A stretch of 64,000 nt of DNA from an uncultured Methylomirabilota bacterium (GCA_963845565.1 CAWJSJ010000001.1:416001-480000), one strand, 5' to 3'. Shown: positions 27,606 to 37,121, numbered from the stretch's first letter. Numbers and translations are program-made. The notes: generated by a model from the letters alone, not told the origin.

Positions 27606-29174
27606 TTACGCCATTGGTGCCTTGGCCCTGACGAACGCGGGCTCGCCGATCGCGTCTGAGCGCTGGGGATTCGGGGTACCCCCGGGCGACCGGATCGCGG
27701 ACGCCACCTGGAAGTCGGGATAGGCGGTGATGCCGTGTTCTCCGACATCAAGGCCTTCATATTCCTCCTCGGGGCTGACGCGGATGCCCAGGAACACTTT
27801 CAGGATCCCCCAAGCAGCCAGCGAGATCAGGAAGGTGAAGACGCCGCTTCCAATCACACCGATGAGCTGCGCCACGAGAAGCTTGGTCCCGCCTCCGAAG
27901 AACAGGCCGTTTCCGGTCGTGTTCGGTACGAGGTCCTGGGCGAATAGTCCTACCGCAATCGTGCCGAAAACGCCGCAGACCAAATGGACAGAGGTCGCAC
28001 CGACCGGATCGTCAATCTTCACCTTGTCGAAGAACAACACCGCGAACACGACGAGGACGCCGGCGATGAGGCCGATGATCAGCGAGCTGCCCACACTCAC
28101 GAAGGCGCAGGACGCCGTGATGGCCACCAGGCCCGCCAGGCACCCATTGAGAGTCATGGACAGGTCCGGCTTCCCCAGGATCCACCAAGCCGCCAGCGTC
28201 GCGCTGAAGGCCGCCGCCGCCGCCGCGGTGTTGGTGGTGGTGGCAATCCGCGCGATGGCGTTCCAATCGGCGGCCATGGTGCTGCCGGGGTTGAACCCAA
28301 ACCAGCCGAACCACAGGACAAAGGTGCCGATGGTGGCCGCCGTCATGTTGTGGCCCGGAATAGGAGTCACGCGGCCATCTTTGCCGTACTTCCCCATCCG
28401 CGGGCCGAGCACGAGAATCCCGGCGAGGGCCGCCCATCCGCCGACCGAGTGCACGACGGCGGAGCCCGCAAAGTCAAACATGCCTAGTTTCGCCAGCCAA
28501 CCGCCACCCCATATCCAGTGACCCACCACGGGATAGATCAGGGCGACCATGACGAAAGAGAAGACGATGAATGCTCGGAACTGGATGCGCTCGGCGACGG
28601 CGCCCGAGACGATGGTGGCCGCCGTACCGGCGAACACGAGCTGGAAGAAGAACTTCGCCCAGAGGGGCACCCCGGTCCAGTTGATAGAGCCGTACACCCC
28701 TTTATACGCGTCCCCCATGGCCGGGCTGTTATCGACCCCGCTCACGAACCAGAGTCCTTGCGTGCCGAAAAAGGCGTTCCCGTCTCCGAACATCAAGCCC
28801 CAGCCGATAAAGAGGAAGGCCAGGGAGGACACGGCGAAGACAATGAAGTTCTTCGACAAGATGTTCACCGCATTCTTGGCCCGGCACAACCCGGACTCGA
28901 CCATGGCGAACCCCAAGTTCATAAAGAAGACCAGGAACGCAGTCACCAGGACCCAGATCGTGTCCATGGCGATCTTCATGTCCTTGATACCGTCCGCCAT
29001 CTCCTTGGTAAATGCCACCGCCGCCCCTGCGCCTGCCCCAGCGGCAGGTGTCGATATCGCTGCGTCCTTGGCAGGCTCTTCCGCCGCCCAAGGGGTGCCG
29101 ATCCCACCCAGAAGCAGACCAGCCGCCAAACCGAGGACCAACACCGTCCCCCACATGTTCCTCCAGTGCGCCAT
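27606..29174 (-). CDS. amtB: Ammonium transporter
   Basis: DFAGSAVVH, WFGWFGFNPGS, DDPVGA.SVH and GLDVGEHG motifs. Confidence 0.97.
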   Translation of the reverse strand: MAHWRNMWGTVLVLGLAAGLLLGGIGTPWAAEEPAKDAAISTPAAGAGAGAAVAFTKEMADGIKDMKIAMDTIWVLVTAFLVFFMNLGFAMVESGLCRAKNAVNILSKNFIVFAVSSLAFLFIGWGLMFGDGNAFFGTQGLWFVSGVDNSPAMGDAYKGVYGSINWTGVPLWAKFFFQLVFAGTAATIVSGAVAERIQFRAFIVFSFVMVALIYPVVGHWIWGGGWLAKLGMFDFAGSAVVHSVGGWAALAGILVLGPRMGKYGKDGRVTPIPGHNMTAATIGTFVLWFGWFGFNPGSTMAADWNAIARIATTTNTAAAAAAFSATLAAWWILGKPDLSMTLNGCLAGLVAITASCAFVSVGSSLIIGLIAGVLVVFAVLFFDKVKIDDPVGATSVHLVCGVFGTIAVGLFAQDLVPNTTGNGLFFGGGTKLLVAQLIGVIGSGVFTFLISLAAWGILKVFLGIRVSPEEEYEGLDVGEHGITAYPDFQVASAIRSPGGTPNPQRSDAIGEPAFVRAKAPMA

Positions 29175-29209
29175 TGCGGTGTCTCCTTTCTCGCGTGATT
29201 TATCGTGCT

Positions 29210-29548
29210 CTAGATCGCGGCATCGCCAGTCTCGCCGGTGCGGATGCGCATGGCATTCACTATGTCGGTCACCATGATCTTCCCATCTCCGATCTTTCCC
29301 GTACGAGCGGCGTCGCTTGCCACCTTCATCACTTCCTCAAGTTTCACGTCCGAGACCAGGATTTCCAGACGGACCTTCGGAAGGAACGTGACCGTGTACT
29401 CGCTTCCCCGATACGTCTCTGTCTTGCCCTTCTGCCGACCAAAGCCTTTCACTTCCGTCACCGTCATCCCCTGGACGCCGATGTCCGTGAGCGCGTCCCG
29501 AACTTCATCGAGCTTGTGGGGTCTGATAATGAGGTCAAGTTTCTTCAT
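29210..29548 (-). CDS. glnK: PII nitrogen regulatory protein
   Basis: [24 protein letters not shown] and RIRTGE motifs; upstream of amtB. Confidence 0.95.
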   Translation of the reverse strand: MKKLDLIIRPHKLDEVRDALTDIGVQGMTVTEVKGFGRQKGKTETYRGSEYTVTFLPKVRLEILVSDVKLEEVMKVASDAARTGKIGDGKIMVTDIVNAMRIRTGETGDAAI

Positions 29549-29599
29549 GGCTGCTCCTTGCGCGAACGCCGCGCTGTGATCGCTCGCAGGCAAAGGAAG

Positions 29600-29614
29600 G
29601 CAAGAGGCGTGCCG
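29600..29614 (-). promoter_or_regulatory. Sigma54 (-24/-12) promoter of glnK-amtB
   Basis: CGGCACGCCTCTTGC on the minus strand, 52 bp upstream of the ATG. Confidence 0.8.
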
Positions 29615-29863
29615 TGGCCGAAAGGCAGGTGGGCGATCCTCGGCAACTTCCCGCCGGAGCGCACCTTTCTGGCGTAGGCGTGACAAGGACGCGGTTGATT
29701 CTGGCCTGTGTCGTCCCATACGGATTTGGTCTGATACGACAAGAATGTAGGGTGTGACACGCCGGCGAAGTGTGGGGCCAGGCCGGATCGGCACCTGGTA
29801 ATGGGAGTAGGCATCCGACTCCGTCGATGGTCCCGACGGCACGCCCTGCCTGGAGGCGGCGAA

Positions 29864-31507
29864 CTATTTGACGGGCTGGAACGATCTGACGATCTGGTGT
29901 CTGCGAAGCCGGTAGGCAAGCTGGCGCGGGGTGATGCCAAGGACGGCAGCGGCCTTGACCTGGACGCCTTCGGCTTCGGTGAGCGCCTGGAGGATCTGAT
30001 GTCGTTCCGTTTCACGCAGGCTAGAAAGGGGAGGCGCCAAGGGCGAGGCAGCGTTCTTGGCACGGGCCTTCGCAGTGGCGCTCACTCGTTCGCCATGGTC
30101 GCTCTCGGGGTCCGTGGGCAAAAGCAGGTCTTCGGGAAGAATGAGGCGTCGGCGCGACATGATGACAAGTCGCTCGATGCAGTTTTCCAGCTCCCGCACG
30201 TTCCCCGGCCAATCGTAGTCGAGCATCTCCTGCAGAGCCCGGCCGGTGATGCGCACCTTCCGGTTGTTCTCCCGGTTGTATTTGGCGAGAAAGTGCTCGG
30301 TGAGCAGCGGGATATCCTCGCGACGCTCGCGGAGCGGTGGGAGGACGACGGGGACCACGTTCAGGCGATAGTACAGATCCTCTCGAAACTTTCCGGCGGC
30401 GATGGCGGCCTCGAGGTCCTGATGTGTGGCCGCGACGATCCGGACGTCCACGGCCACGGTCTGGGTTCCGCCCACGCGCTCGAAGGAACGCTCCTGGAGA
30501 ACGCGCAGGAGCTTGGCTTGGAGGTCCAGGGGGAGATCGCCGATCTCGTCCAGGAACAAGGTCCCGCTATCGGCGAGCTCGAATCGCCCCTTCTTGGTCG
30601 CGGTGGCCCCGGTGAAGGCACCCTTCTCGTGGCCGAAGAGCTCGCTTTCCAGGAGCGTCTGGGGGAGGGCGGCGCAATTGATCCTGATGAAAGGCCCCCC
30701 CGCGCGAGGCGAGTTGTGATGGATGGCGCGTGCCAGCAGCTCCTTGCCGGTCCCGCTCTCGCCGCGCAGGAGAACCGTGGCCCGGCTCTGGGAGACCTGG
30801 TGGATTGCCTCGTAGATCTCTCGCATCCGTTCGCTCTGGCCGACGACACTCTCCAGGCGGTAACGGCCATGCAGTGCCTGCTGCAGGTTTCGCGTCTGCT
30901 CCAGCAGCCCCTCGCGCTCGCGGACGACGTGTTGCTGGAGATTGACGCTTTGCCCGATCAACGAGGCCACGATGCTCAGCACGCGCACGTCTTCCTCGAA
31001 CGAGACGCGCTCCGCAAAAAGGCGGTCCACGGTCAGGACTCCGATAGCCGCCCCCCCGACCTTGATGGGCACGGCGATGAAGGCAACCGTCTGGGCGGCA
31101 AGGTCGCCTCGCGAGCGCGTGCGATCCAGAAACTCGGGCTCGGCGCCGATGTCGGGAATGACCATGGGGAGCCCGTGCAGCATGACCTTGCCCAGGATCC
31201 CTTCGCCCTTGTGATATCTTCCGCGGATGATCTCTTCCGGCGTCATTCCGACTGCCACACGGATGGACAGTTCATCCTGCAGCGCGTCGTAGAGCAGGAT
31301 CGTCCCCTTCCGCATCCCCATGAAGGCATTGAGAATCCGCAATATGGCGGAGAGGTTCTGCTCCAGCTCCAGCGACGATCCCAGGATCTTGCTGATCTCG
31401 TACAGTGTGGTGAGCTCCAGGACGCGTCGGTCCAGCTGGTCGCGTTCGGATGGACGCGCCGCCGCTGCCGTTGTGACTGGTGTCGAAATGGTGACCGGGC
31501 CGCTCAT
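29864..31507 (-). CDS. GAF-AAA+-HTH sigma54 activator, NifA-like
   Basis: GAF domain ([14 protein letters not shown]), GAFTGA and [14 protein letters not shown]. Confidence 0.88.
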   Translation of the reverse strand: MSGPVTISTPVTTAAAARPSERDQLDRRVLELTTLYEISKILGSSLELEQNLSAILRILNAFMGMRKGTILLYDALQDELSIRVAVGMTPEEIIRGRYHKGEGILGKVMLHGLPMVIPDIGAEPEFLDRTRSRGDLAAQTVAFIAVPIKVGGAAIGVLTVDRLFAERVSFEEDVRVLSIVASLIGQSVNLQQHVVREREGLLEQTRNLQQALHGRYRLESVVGQSERMREIYEAIHQVSQSRATVLLRGESGTGKELLARAIHHNSPRAGGPFIRINCAALPQTLLESELFGHEKGAFTGATATKKGRFELADSGTLFLDEIGDLPLDLQAKLLRVLQERSFERVGGTQTVAVDVRIVAATHQDLEAAIAAGKFREDLYYRLNVVPVVLPPLRERREDIPLLTEHFLAKYNRENNRKVRITGRALQEMLDYDWPGNVRELENCIERLVIMSRRRLILPEDLLLPTDPESDHGERVSATAKARAKNAASPLAPPLSSLRETERHQILQALTEAEGVQVKAAAVLGITPRQLAYRLRRHQIVRSFQPVK

Positions 31508-31521
31508 GGATGAATCAGGAG

Positions 31522-31536
31522 GCAGCTTCTATGCCA
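31522..31536 (-). promoter_or_regulatory. Sigma54 promoter of the nifA-like gene
   Basis: TGGCATAGAAGCTGC (GG-N10-GC) on the minus strand. Confidence 0.6.
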
Positions 31537-31729
31537 TACCGTGTCGTGTCGCTCTTGGGGAATGTTGGGTAGTGTTTCTAAATAGTTACGAACTACAGAG
31601 GGTAACGGCGTCAGCCGGGGAAATCGTCCGCTGCCCGCCGGTTCGGCGGGTGGCGGTATTCCTGCCTAGTTTTCAGTCAGCGATGCGCAGCGCCGGGACC
31701 CGGGACGAAAATCCGACGAGGGCTTGGGC

Positions 31730-31759
31730 TTGACAGTGGTAGGCGCACAGGGATAGAGT
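31730..31759 (+). promoter_or_regulatory. Sigma70-like promoter of the ABC operon
   Basis: TTGACA-N18-TAGAGT. Confidence 0.5.
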
Positions 31760-31916
31760 GGTCCCGGTTCTGGCACGTGACGTTGGGATTTCGCCGGGAA
31801 GTCGCCTCGTCGTCACGTGGAGATGCCAGACTTCGACGCTTCGGCGGTCGGTGCGGGGCGCACGGCTGTCGTGGACGGTGGATCCGACGAACCCCGGGGG
31901 GGGAAGGAGGGCACCC

Positions 31917-33068
31917 ATGAGGCGGTTGATGTTGGGGGTCGCAGTGTTTGGGCTCGGACTCACGTTGATGGCGTGGGGATCCTCGGGGCCGGCGTTGGCG
32001 GGCGAAAAGATCGTTCTGAACGTGGTGACCGCCGGCGACACGAACATGCACGAACTGCAAAAGAGCATCTTCGGTCCGGCGTTCAGCAAACAATTCCCAA
32101 ATGTCGAAATCAACGCGGTTGGCAGCGGCCCGGGCGATCCGGGCAGTCGGGTGATCTTCCAGAAACTCAAGAGCCAGAAGGACGCCAACGTCGCCAAGTA
32201 CGACATCGACGTGGCGGTGGTTCATCAGAGCATCATGCCGGACATGATCCAGAACGACCTGCTGGCCAAGTACGGCCCCGAGATCGCGACCTACAAGCTG
32301 ATGACGGCGGCCAATGGGAAGAACGCCCTGGGTTTCAACGTGGAAGGCTTCGTCATGCCCATGTTCCAGAGCCAGGTGGTCCTGGCGTATAACCCGGACA
32401 TGGTCAAGAATCCGCCGAACACTTTCGAGGAATTGGTGACGTGGATCAAGGCCAACCCCCGAAAGTTCGGATACAACGGGGTCAAGGGCGGCATGAGCGG
32501 GACGGCCTTCGTCACCGGCTGGACCTACTGGAAGTCCGGGAAGTATGACCAGTACGCCACGGGGGCCTACGATAAGACCGCCCAGGCCGGCTGGCCGGCG
32601 GCCATCAAGGAGCTGAAGACCCTTCCCGTGACGATGACCACCGGAAACAACGACACGCTCGACAAGCTGAATCGCGGCGAGATTGCCATGGGGCCGGTCT
32701 GGGTGGATATGCTGATCAACATGAAGAACGAGAATCGCATGGATCCCAAGATCAGGATGAAGCTGATCGCCCCTGGCTTGCCCGGACAGCCGATGTACCT
32801 GGTGGTGACGAAGAAGTCCCCGAATTACGAGATGGCCAAGAAGTACGTGGAGTTCATCACCTCGCCCGAGCAGCAGGCCAAAGTCGTGGTGGAGCGACAG
32901 GGCTGGCTCCCCGGCATTGACTCCAAGCACGTGCTTTCGGTGGTCTCGCCGAAGGCGAAGGAGATGCTCTTTGGGGACATCCCGCCCGAGACGCTGGAGA
33001 AGAACGGGCTCGTCTTCCCGCAGCAGCAATACTTCAAGGATCTGCTGACCGCGTTCGAGGAGAACTGA
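31917..33068 (+). CDS. ABC transporter substrate-binding protein (PotD/AfuA-like family)
   Basis: Signal peptide; LAYNPD..PP.TFEEL..WIKANP.KF.Y motif. Confidence 0.88.
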   Translation: MRRLMLGVAVFGLGLTLMAWGSSGPALAGEKIVLNVVTAGDTNMHELQKSIFGPAFSKQFPNVEINAVGSGPGDPGSRVIFQKLKSQKDANVAKYDIDVAVVHQSIMPDMIQNDLLAKYGPEIATYKLMTAANGKNALGFNVEGFVMPMFQSQVVLAYNPDMVKNPPNTFEELVTWIKANPRKFGYNGVKGGMSGTAFVTGWTYWKSGKYDQYATGAYDKTAQAGWPAAIKELKTLPVTMTTGNNDTLDKLNRGEIAMGPVWVDMLINMKNENRMDPKIRMKLIAPGLPGQPMYLVVTKKSPNYEMAKKYVEFITSPEQQAKVVVERQGWLPGIDSKHVLSVVSPKAKEMLFGDIPPETLEKNGLVFPQQQYFKDLLTAFEEN

Positions 33069-33092
33069 CAACCCCTGCACCCACGGAGACGC

Positions 33093-33123
33093 GGGCGAGG
33101 GGGCCTTATCCCCCTCGCCCTTT
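33093..33123 (+). terminator. GC-rich hairpin after the binding-protein gene (attenuator or mRNA stabiliser)
   Basis: GGGCGAGGGG..CCCCTCGCCC-TTT. Confidence 0.55.
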
Positions 33124-33127
33124 CATT

Positions 33128-33943
33128 ATGCGATTCTCAACGCGGATTGCTTGCCTGGTCATCGCCCTGCCCCCGCTCGCCATCGTGATCTGGCTGTTCT
33201 TTCTGCCTTTTCTGTCGTCGGCGCACCTCAGCCTGATACGCGAAGATCAGTGGAGCCTGCGGAACTACTATCTGGTCTGGCGTCTGTACAAGTACGACGT
33301 TCTGTACACGCTCTGGATCGCCTTCATCAGCTTGGTCGCGGTGCTGGGGATCGCCGTGTTTCTGTGCGGCTATCTCCGCCTTCACTCCAACAGGATGGTC
33401 GAGTTTCTATTCAAGATCCCGCTCTTCATCCCCTTCGTCGTCGTCGGCCACGCCATGCGGGTGCTCCTGGCCCCCAGGGGAACACTGAACGCGGTCCTGA
33501 GTCAGGTGGGCGCCATCAACATGAGCGACCCGCCCTCGATTGCGTTCGGGTGGATCGGGATTTCCGTCTCGCTGATCTGGAAGAACCTTGCCCTGGCGGT
33601 GCTCTTGGTCCTGGGGGCGTACCGATCCGTGGACGAGACGTTCCTGGAGGCGGCGCGTAATTTCGGCGCCTCCGGCTTCCGGCAGATCAAGGACATCCTG
33701 CTGCCGATGTCGAAGGCCTCCCTGGCGGTGGCAGGAGCCTTCATGTTCACTTCGATGCTGGCCTCGTTCTCGGTCCCTTTGATGATCGGCAGCGGCGAGC
33801 CACCCCAGATGGTGATGATCGACGTCTTCTATCGGATCAACTATCAGGGAGACTACGGGACCGCCAACGCCTTGGGGGTGGTATCGTACCTGATGGCCAT
33901 GGGGGTGGCGGGGTACTACCTGCGAACCATCTCGCAGAAGTGA
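33128..33943 (+). CDS. ABC transporter permease
   Basis: Six TM helices; EAARNFGAS loop. Confidence 0.9.
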   Translation: MRFSTRIACLVIALPPLAIVIWLFFLPFLSSAHLSLIREDQWSLRNYYLVWRLYKYDVLYTLWIAFISLVAVLGIAVFLCGYLRLHSNRMVEFLFKIPLFIPFVVVGHAMRVLLAPRGTLNAVLSQVGAINMSDPPSIAFGWIGISVSLIWKNLALAVLLVLGAYRSVDETFLEAARNFGASGFRQIKDILLPMSKASLAVAGAFMFTSMLASFSVPLMIGSGEPPQMVMIDVFYRINYQGDYGTANALGVVSYLMAMGVAGYYLRTISQK

Positions 33944-33954
33944 ACGGGATAGTG

Positions 33955-34034
33955 AGCTGTCAGCGTTCAGCATTCAGCGGTCAGCCACGACTCTGCGGCC
34001 ACTGTTGAACGCTGAGGGCTGACCACTGAGAGCT
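33955..34034. repeat. Inverted array of TCAGCNN heptamers
   Basis: TCAGCGT TCAGCAT TCAGCGG TCAGCC ... CTGAGGG CTGACCA CTGAGAG. Confidence 0.7.
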
Positions 34035-34039
34035 TCGAC

Positions 34040-34834
34040 ATGATTCAACGGACGCTTCGGATGGCAGGCGTGGTCGCGGCGGCGGTGATCATTTTCGGCC
34101 CGCTCTCCAGCCTGGTCATCTGGTCTTTTGCGGAGAAGTGGTACTGGCCACATCTGTTCCCGCAGCAGGTGGGGTTCTTCTACTGGGCCAAGGTGCTGCA
34201 GGGGGATATGCTACGGGCGCTCACGGACGGATTCCTGATCGCCATCGTCGTCACGATCCTCACCCTGGTCATCACGATCCCGCTCGCCTATGTTCTGGCG
34301 CGCCTCCCGATTCCCTTCAAGCCGCTGATCCTCATGGTCTTCCTGTTGCCGCAGGCATTTCCACAACTCCCGGTGTTCGTGAACTCCACCACGTTGCTCT
34401 ACCGGGTGAACCAGGGCGGAAAGTTCTGGGGTGTCGTCTTGATCCATATGGTCGGCGCACTGGTGTTTGCGGTCTGGACCATGACGGCGGTCTTCAAATC
34501 GGTGCCCGAGACACTGGAAGAGGCCGCGATCAACCTGGGCGCCTCCCGTTTCAAGAGTTTCTATTCCGTGTCGCTTCCCCTGGCAACCCCCGGAATCATC
34601 GCCAGCACGCTGCTGGTGTTTCTCTATTCGCTGGACGAGTTTACCGGAACGCTCCTGGTGGGAAGTCCGTTCGTCCTCACGCTGCCGGTGTACATGTACC
34701 GGACGTCGGTCGGGTACGAGCTGCAGGTGGCTTCGATCAGCGCGCTCTTGCTGATGGTGCCGGGCATCGTCCTGCTCGTGCTCCTGGAGCGCTACATGAA
34801 ATCCGAGTACCTGTCGATGTTCGGACGGATCTGA
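34040..34834 (+). CDS. ABC transporter permease
   Basis: Six TM helices; EEAAINLGAS loop. Confidence 0.9.
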   Translation: MIQRTLRMAGVVAAAVIIFGPLSSLVIWSFAEKWYWPHLFPQQVGFFYWAKVLQGDMLRALTDGFLIAIVVTILTLVITIPLAYVLARLPIPFKPLILMVFLLPQAFPQLPVFVNSTTLLYRVNQGGKFWGVVLIHMVGALVFAVWTMTAVFKSVPETLEEAAINLGASRFKSFYSVSLPLATPGIIASTLLVFLYSLDEFTGTLLVGSPFVLTLPVYMYRTSVGYELQVASISALLLMVPGIVLLVLLERYMKSEYLSMFGRI

Positions 34835-34839
34835 TTCGA

Positions 34840-34920
34840 AGAGCCGAGAGTGGAGAGCCGAGAGCCGAGAAGAGATTCCGAAGCCGAGACTCGAGCTCTC
34901 GGCTCTAACCGCTCGGCTCT
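34840..34920. repeat. Inverted array of AGAGCCG heptamers
   Basis: AGAGCCG AGAGTGG AGAGCCG AGAGCCG ... CGGCTCT ... CGGCTCT. Confidence 0.7.
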
Positions 34921-34931
34921 AAAGGGGTGCC

Positions 34932-35972
34932 ATGGTTGAGGTCCGAGTCGAAAACGTCCGCAAGACGTACGGAAAGGTCGAAGCGCTGAAGGGCGCCTCG
35001 CTGACCTTTGCTAGCGGGGCGATGACGGCCATCCTGGGCCCGAGCGGCTGCGGGAAGACCACGCTTTTGCGAAGCATCGCGGGCTTCATTCAGGTGGATG
35101 AGGGCCGCGTTTTCCTCGGTGGCGACGAAGTAACGCAGCTTCCGCCCCAACGGCGGGGGACGGCCATGGTCTTCCAGAACTACGCCCTCTGGCCCCACAT
35201 GACCATCTTCGGGAATGTGGCCTACGGTCTGCGGCTGCAAAAAATCCCCGAGGGGGAGATTCGCCGACGCGTCCTCAAAGTGCTGGAGTTGGTCGAGATC
35301 GGGAACCTGTCCGACGTGGAGACCCGCAAACCCGCCGCACTCAGCGGGGGACAGCAGCAGCGCGTCGCGCTGGCGCGCGCGCTCGTGGTGGAGCCCAAGG
35401 TGCTCCTAATGGACGAGCCCCTGTCCAATCTGGACGCCAAGGTCCGGCAGCGCTTGCGGGCCGAGCTGCGCCGGCTGCAAAAACAGATTGGGATCACGGC
35501 CATCTACGTCACCCACGACCAGGAAGAGGCGCTGGCCCTTGCGGACACGGTGGTGCTCATGGATCAGGGGCGGATCGTCCAGACGGGCACACCGCAAGAC
35601 ATCTACCTCAAGCCCGAGACGGCCTTCGCCGCGGAGTTCCTGGGTGTAAGCAACCAGTTGGAGGCGGAGGCCGCCGACGGACGCCTTGTGGTCGCGGGAC
35701 AGACGGTGGCATACGCCGGGCCCGCGCGGGGCAAAGCCGTCATGATTGTCCGGGCCTCGGATATTCACGTCGAAGACCCCGCTGCCGTGGCACGCCCAGG
35801 AATGGTCACGTTGACTGGGGCCCTGGAGGAGAGCCTGTTTCTGGGCGCACACTACCGGCACTACATCCGGGTCGGTGACGTGATCGTGATGGCCGACAGC
35901 CCCGACCCCCGGCCTGCCGGTGCGGTTCGGCTGGTGATGCCGTCGGACAGGGTGCAGGTGTATGGGAAGTAG
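34932..35972 (+). CDS. ABC transporter ATPase (PotA-like)
   Basis: GPSGCGKT, LSGGQQQR and DEPLSNLD motifs; TOBE tail. Confidence 0.95.
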   Translation: MVEVRVENVRKTYGKVEALKGASLTFASGAMTAILGPSGCGKTTLLRSIAGFIQVDEGRVFLGGDEVTQLPPQRRGTAMVFQNYALWPHMTIFGNVAYGLRLQKIPEGEIRRRVLKVLELVEIGNLSDVETRKPAALSGGQQQRVALARALVVEPKVLLMDEPLSNLDAKVRQRLRAELRRLQKQIGITAIYVTHDQEEALALADTVVLMDQGRIVQTGTPQDIYLKPETAFAAEFLGVSNQLEAEAADGRLVVAGQTVAYAGPARGKAVMIVRASDIHVEDPAAVARPGMVTLTGALEESLFLGAHYRHYIRVGDVIVMADSPDPRPAGAVRLVMPSDRVQVYGK

Positions 35973-36014
35973 GGAGCGCTTAGAGCCGAGAGCCGAGGAG
36001 GGCATGAGCCCGGA

Positions 36015-36152
36015 ATGAAAAAGAAAGCGGTCATCCTGGACACGCACCCCGGCATCGGCACGTCCGGGCCGGACGTTGATGATGGTCTGGCGATTGCCCT
36101 GGGCCTTCTTCGTCCAACCTGCAATCTCCTCGGGTCACCTTTCACGTATTGA
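36015..36152 (+). pseudogene. N-terminal fragment of a nucleoside hydrolase
   Basis: MKKKAVILDTHPGIGTSGPDVDDGLAIAL resembles the IILDTDPG..DD.LA motif, then degenerates and stops. Confidence 0.65.
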
Positions 36153-36261
36153 GCGCCGGCTGGCCGGTTCCATGGTGGCGACGATTCCCATCGTGATCCT
36201 GTTCTTTGTGCTGCAGAAGTACTCCGTCCAGAGCGTGACCTCGACCGGGATCACGGGGTAG
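36153..36261 (+). pseudogene. C-terminal fragment of a MalG-type sugar ABC permease
   Basis: AGSMVATIPIVILFFVLQKY..Q....TGITG-stop. Confidence 0.7.
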
Positions 36262-37059
36262 ATGGGCCTCCCGCCCGGCGTGGTCGGCGTCCGCTTCGCC
36301 CTGCCGCTGGTTTCGGGGCACTTCATCCGACGGCTGAATCGCTTTGCGGCCCTGGTCCGGGTGCAGGGGCGGGACGAGCGGGTCCACGTGCGGAACTCGG
36401 GGCGGCTGCGGGAATTGCTGACACCCGGTCGTCGTGTTCTCCTGGAGCCGGCGCGCGGCGACGGGCGGCGGACTCGGTTCACGCTGGCGCTGGTACGCCT
36501 GGCGTGTGGCTACGTCTCCGCCGATGCCCACCTGCCCAACGCGCTGGTGGAGGCGGGGTTGCGGCGGAACGCGGTGCCGGGGTGCCGCGGCTACCGGTTT
36601 CTGCGCCGGGAACCGGTCATGGGCCGAAACCGGGCGGACTTCCTCCTGGCACGGGGGGACGCGCGCTGCCTGGTCGAGGTCAAGTCGGTGACCCTGGTCG
36701 AGGAAGGTCTCGCGCTTTTTCCGGACGCCCCCACGGCACGCGGCCGCGTTCACCTCGAGCACCTGATCTCGGCACGCGGCCGGGGCGCGCTGGCCGTGGT
36801 TCTCTTCGTGATCCAGCGGAGCGATGCCACGGCTCTCGCGCCGAACTGGACAACGGATCCGGCATTTGCCGCCGCACTGACGCGGGCGAGACAGGCCGGC
36901 GTGCGGATCCGGGCGATGACCTGTCGCGTCACACGGGCCGGCGTGTGGCTCGCCGGGTCCGTGCCGGTGCGTTTCCGCGCTGGGAGTGGTTCGCCTGTCG
37001 GCAACCCCGTCCTGTGCGTGAAAGAGGTTGACACTAGAGCGCTCCGCCGACTAGGGTAG
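36262..37059 (+). CDS. sfsA: Sugar fermentation stimulation protein / nuclease SfsA
   Basis: RRLNRF, NSGRLREL, VEVKSVTL and FPDAPTARG..HL motifs. Confidence 0.92.
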   Translation: MGLPPGVVGVRFALPLVSGHFIRRLNRFAALVRVQGRDERVHVRNSGRLRELLTPGRRVLLEPARGDGRRTRFTLALVRLACGYVSADAHLPNALVEAGLRRNAVPGCRGYRFLRREPVMGRNRADFLLARGDARCLVEVKSVTLVEEGLALFPDAPTARGRVHLEHLISARGRGALAVVLFVIQRSDATALAPNWTTDPAFAAALTRARQAGVRIRAMTCRVTRAGVWLAGSVPVRFRAGSGSPVGNPVLCVKEVDTRALRRLG

Positions 37060-37114
37060 GCTGTTGTCAACGAAGATCCAAATAATGGCCAACCTATTTC
37101 GTAACGGCTCCTAA
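37057..37114. repeat. Composite repeat, copy 4 (internally deleted)
   Basis: TAG-GCTGTTGTCAA fused to CGAAGATCCAAATAATGGCC..ATTTCGTAACGGCTCC-TAA. Confidence 0.85.
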
Positions 37115-37121
37115 GCGCTCG

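Noticed and set aside
29864..31507. Nitrogen fixation cluster
   Set aside because: Only a NifA-like regulator and an Nfu domain are present; no nifHDK or nifENB in the window
31771..31786. TGGCACG as a sigma54 promoter for the ABC operon
   Set aside because: No GC at the -12 position with correct spacing
1596..37114. Conserved-arm/variable-spacer repeats read as a CRISPR array
   Set aside because: Copies are kilobases apart, the arms are inverted rather than direct repeats, and there are no cas genes
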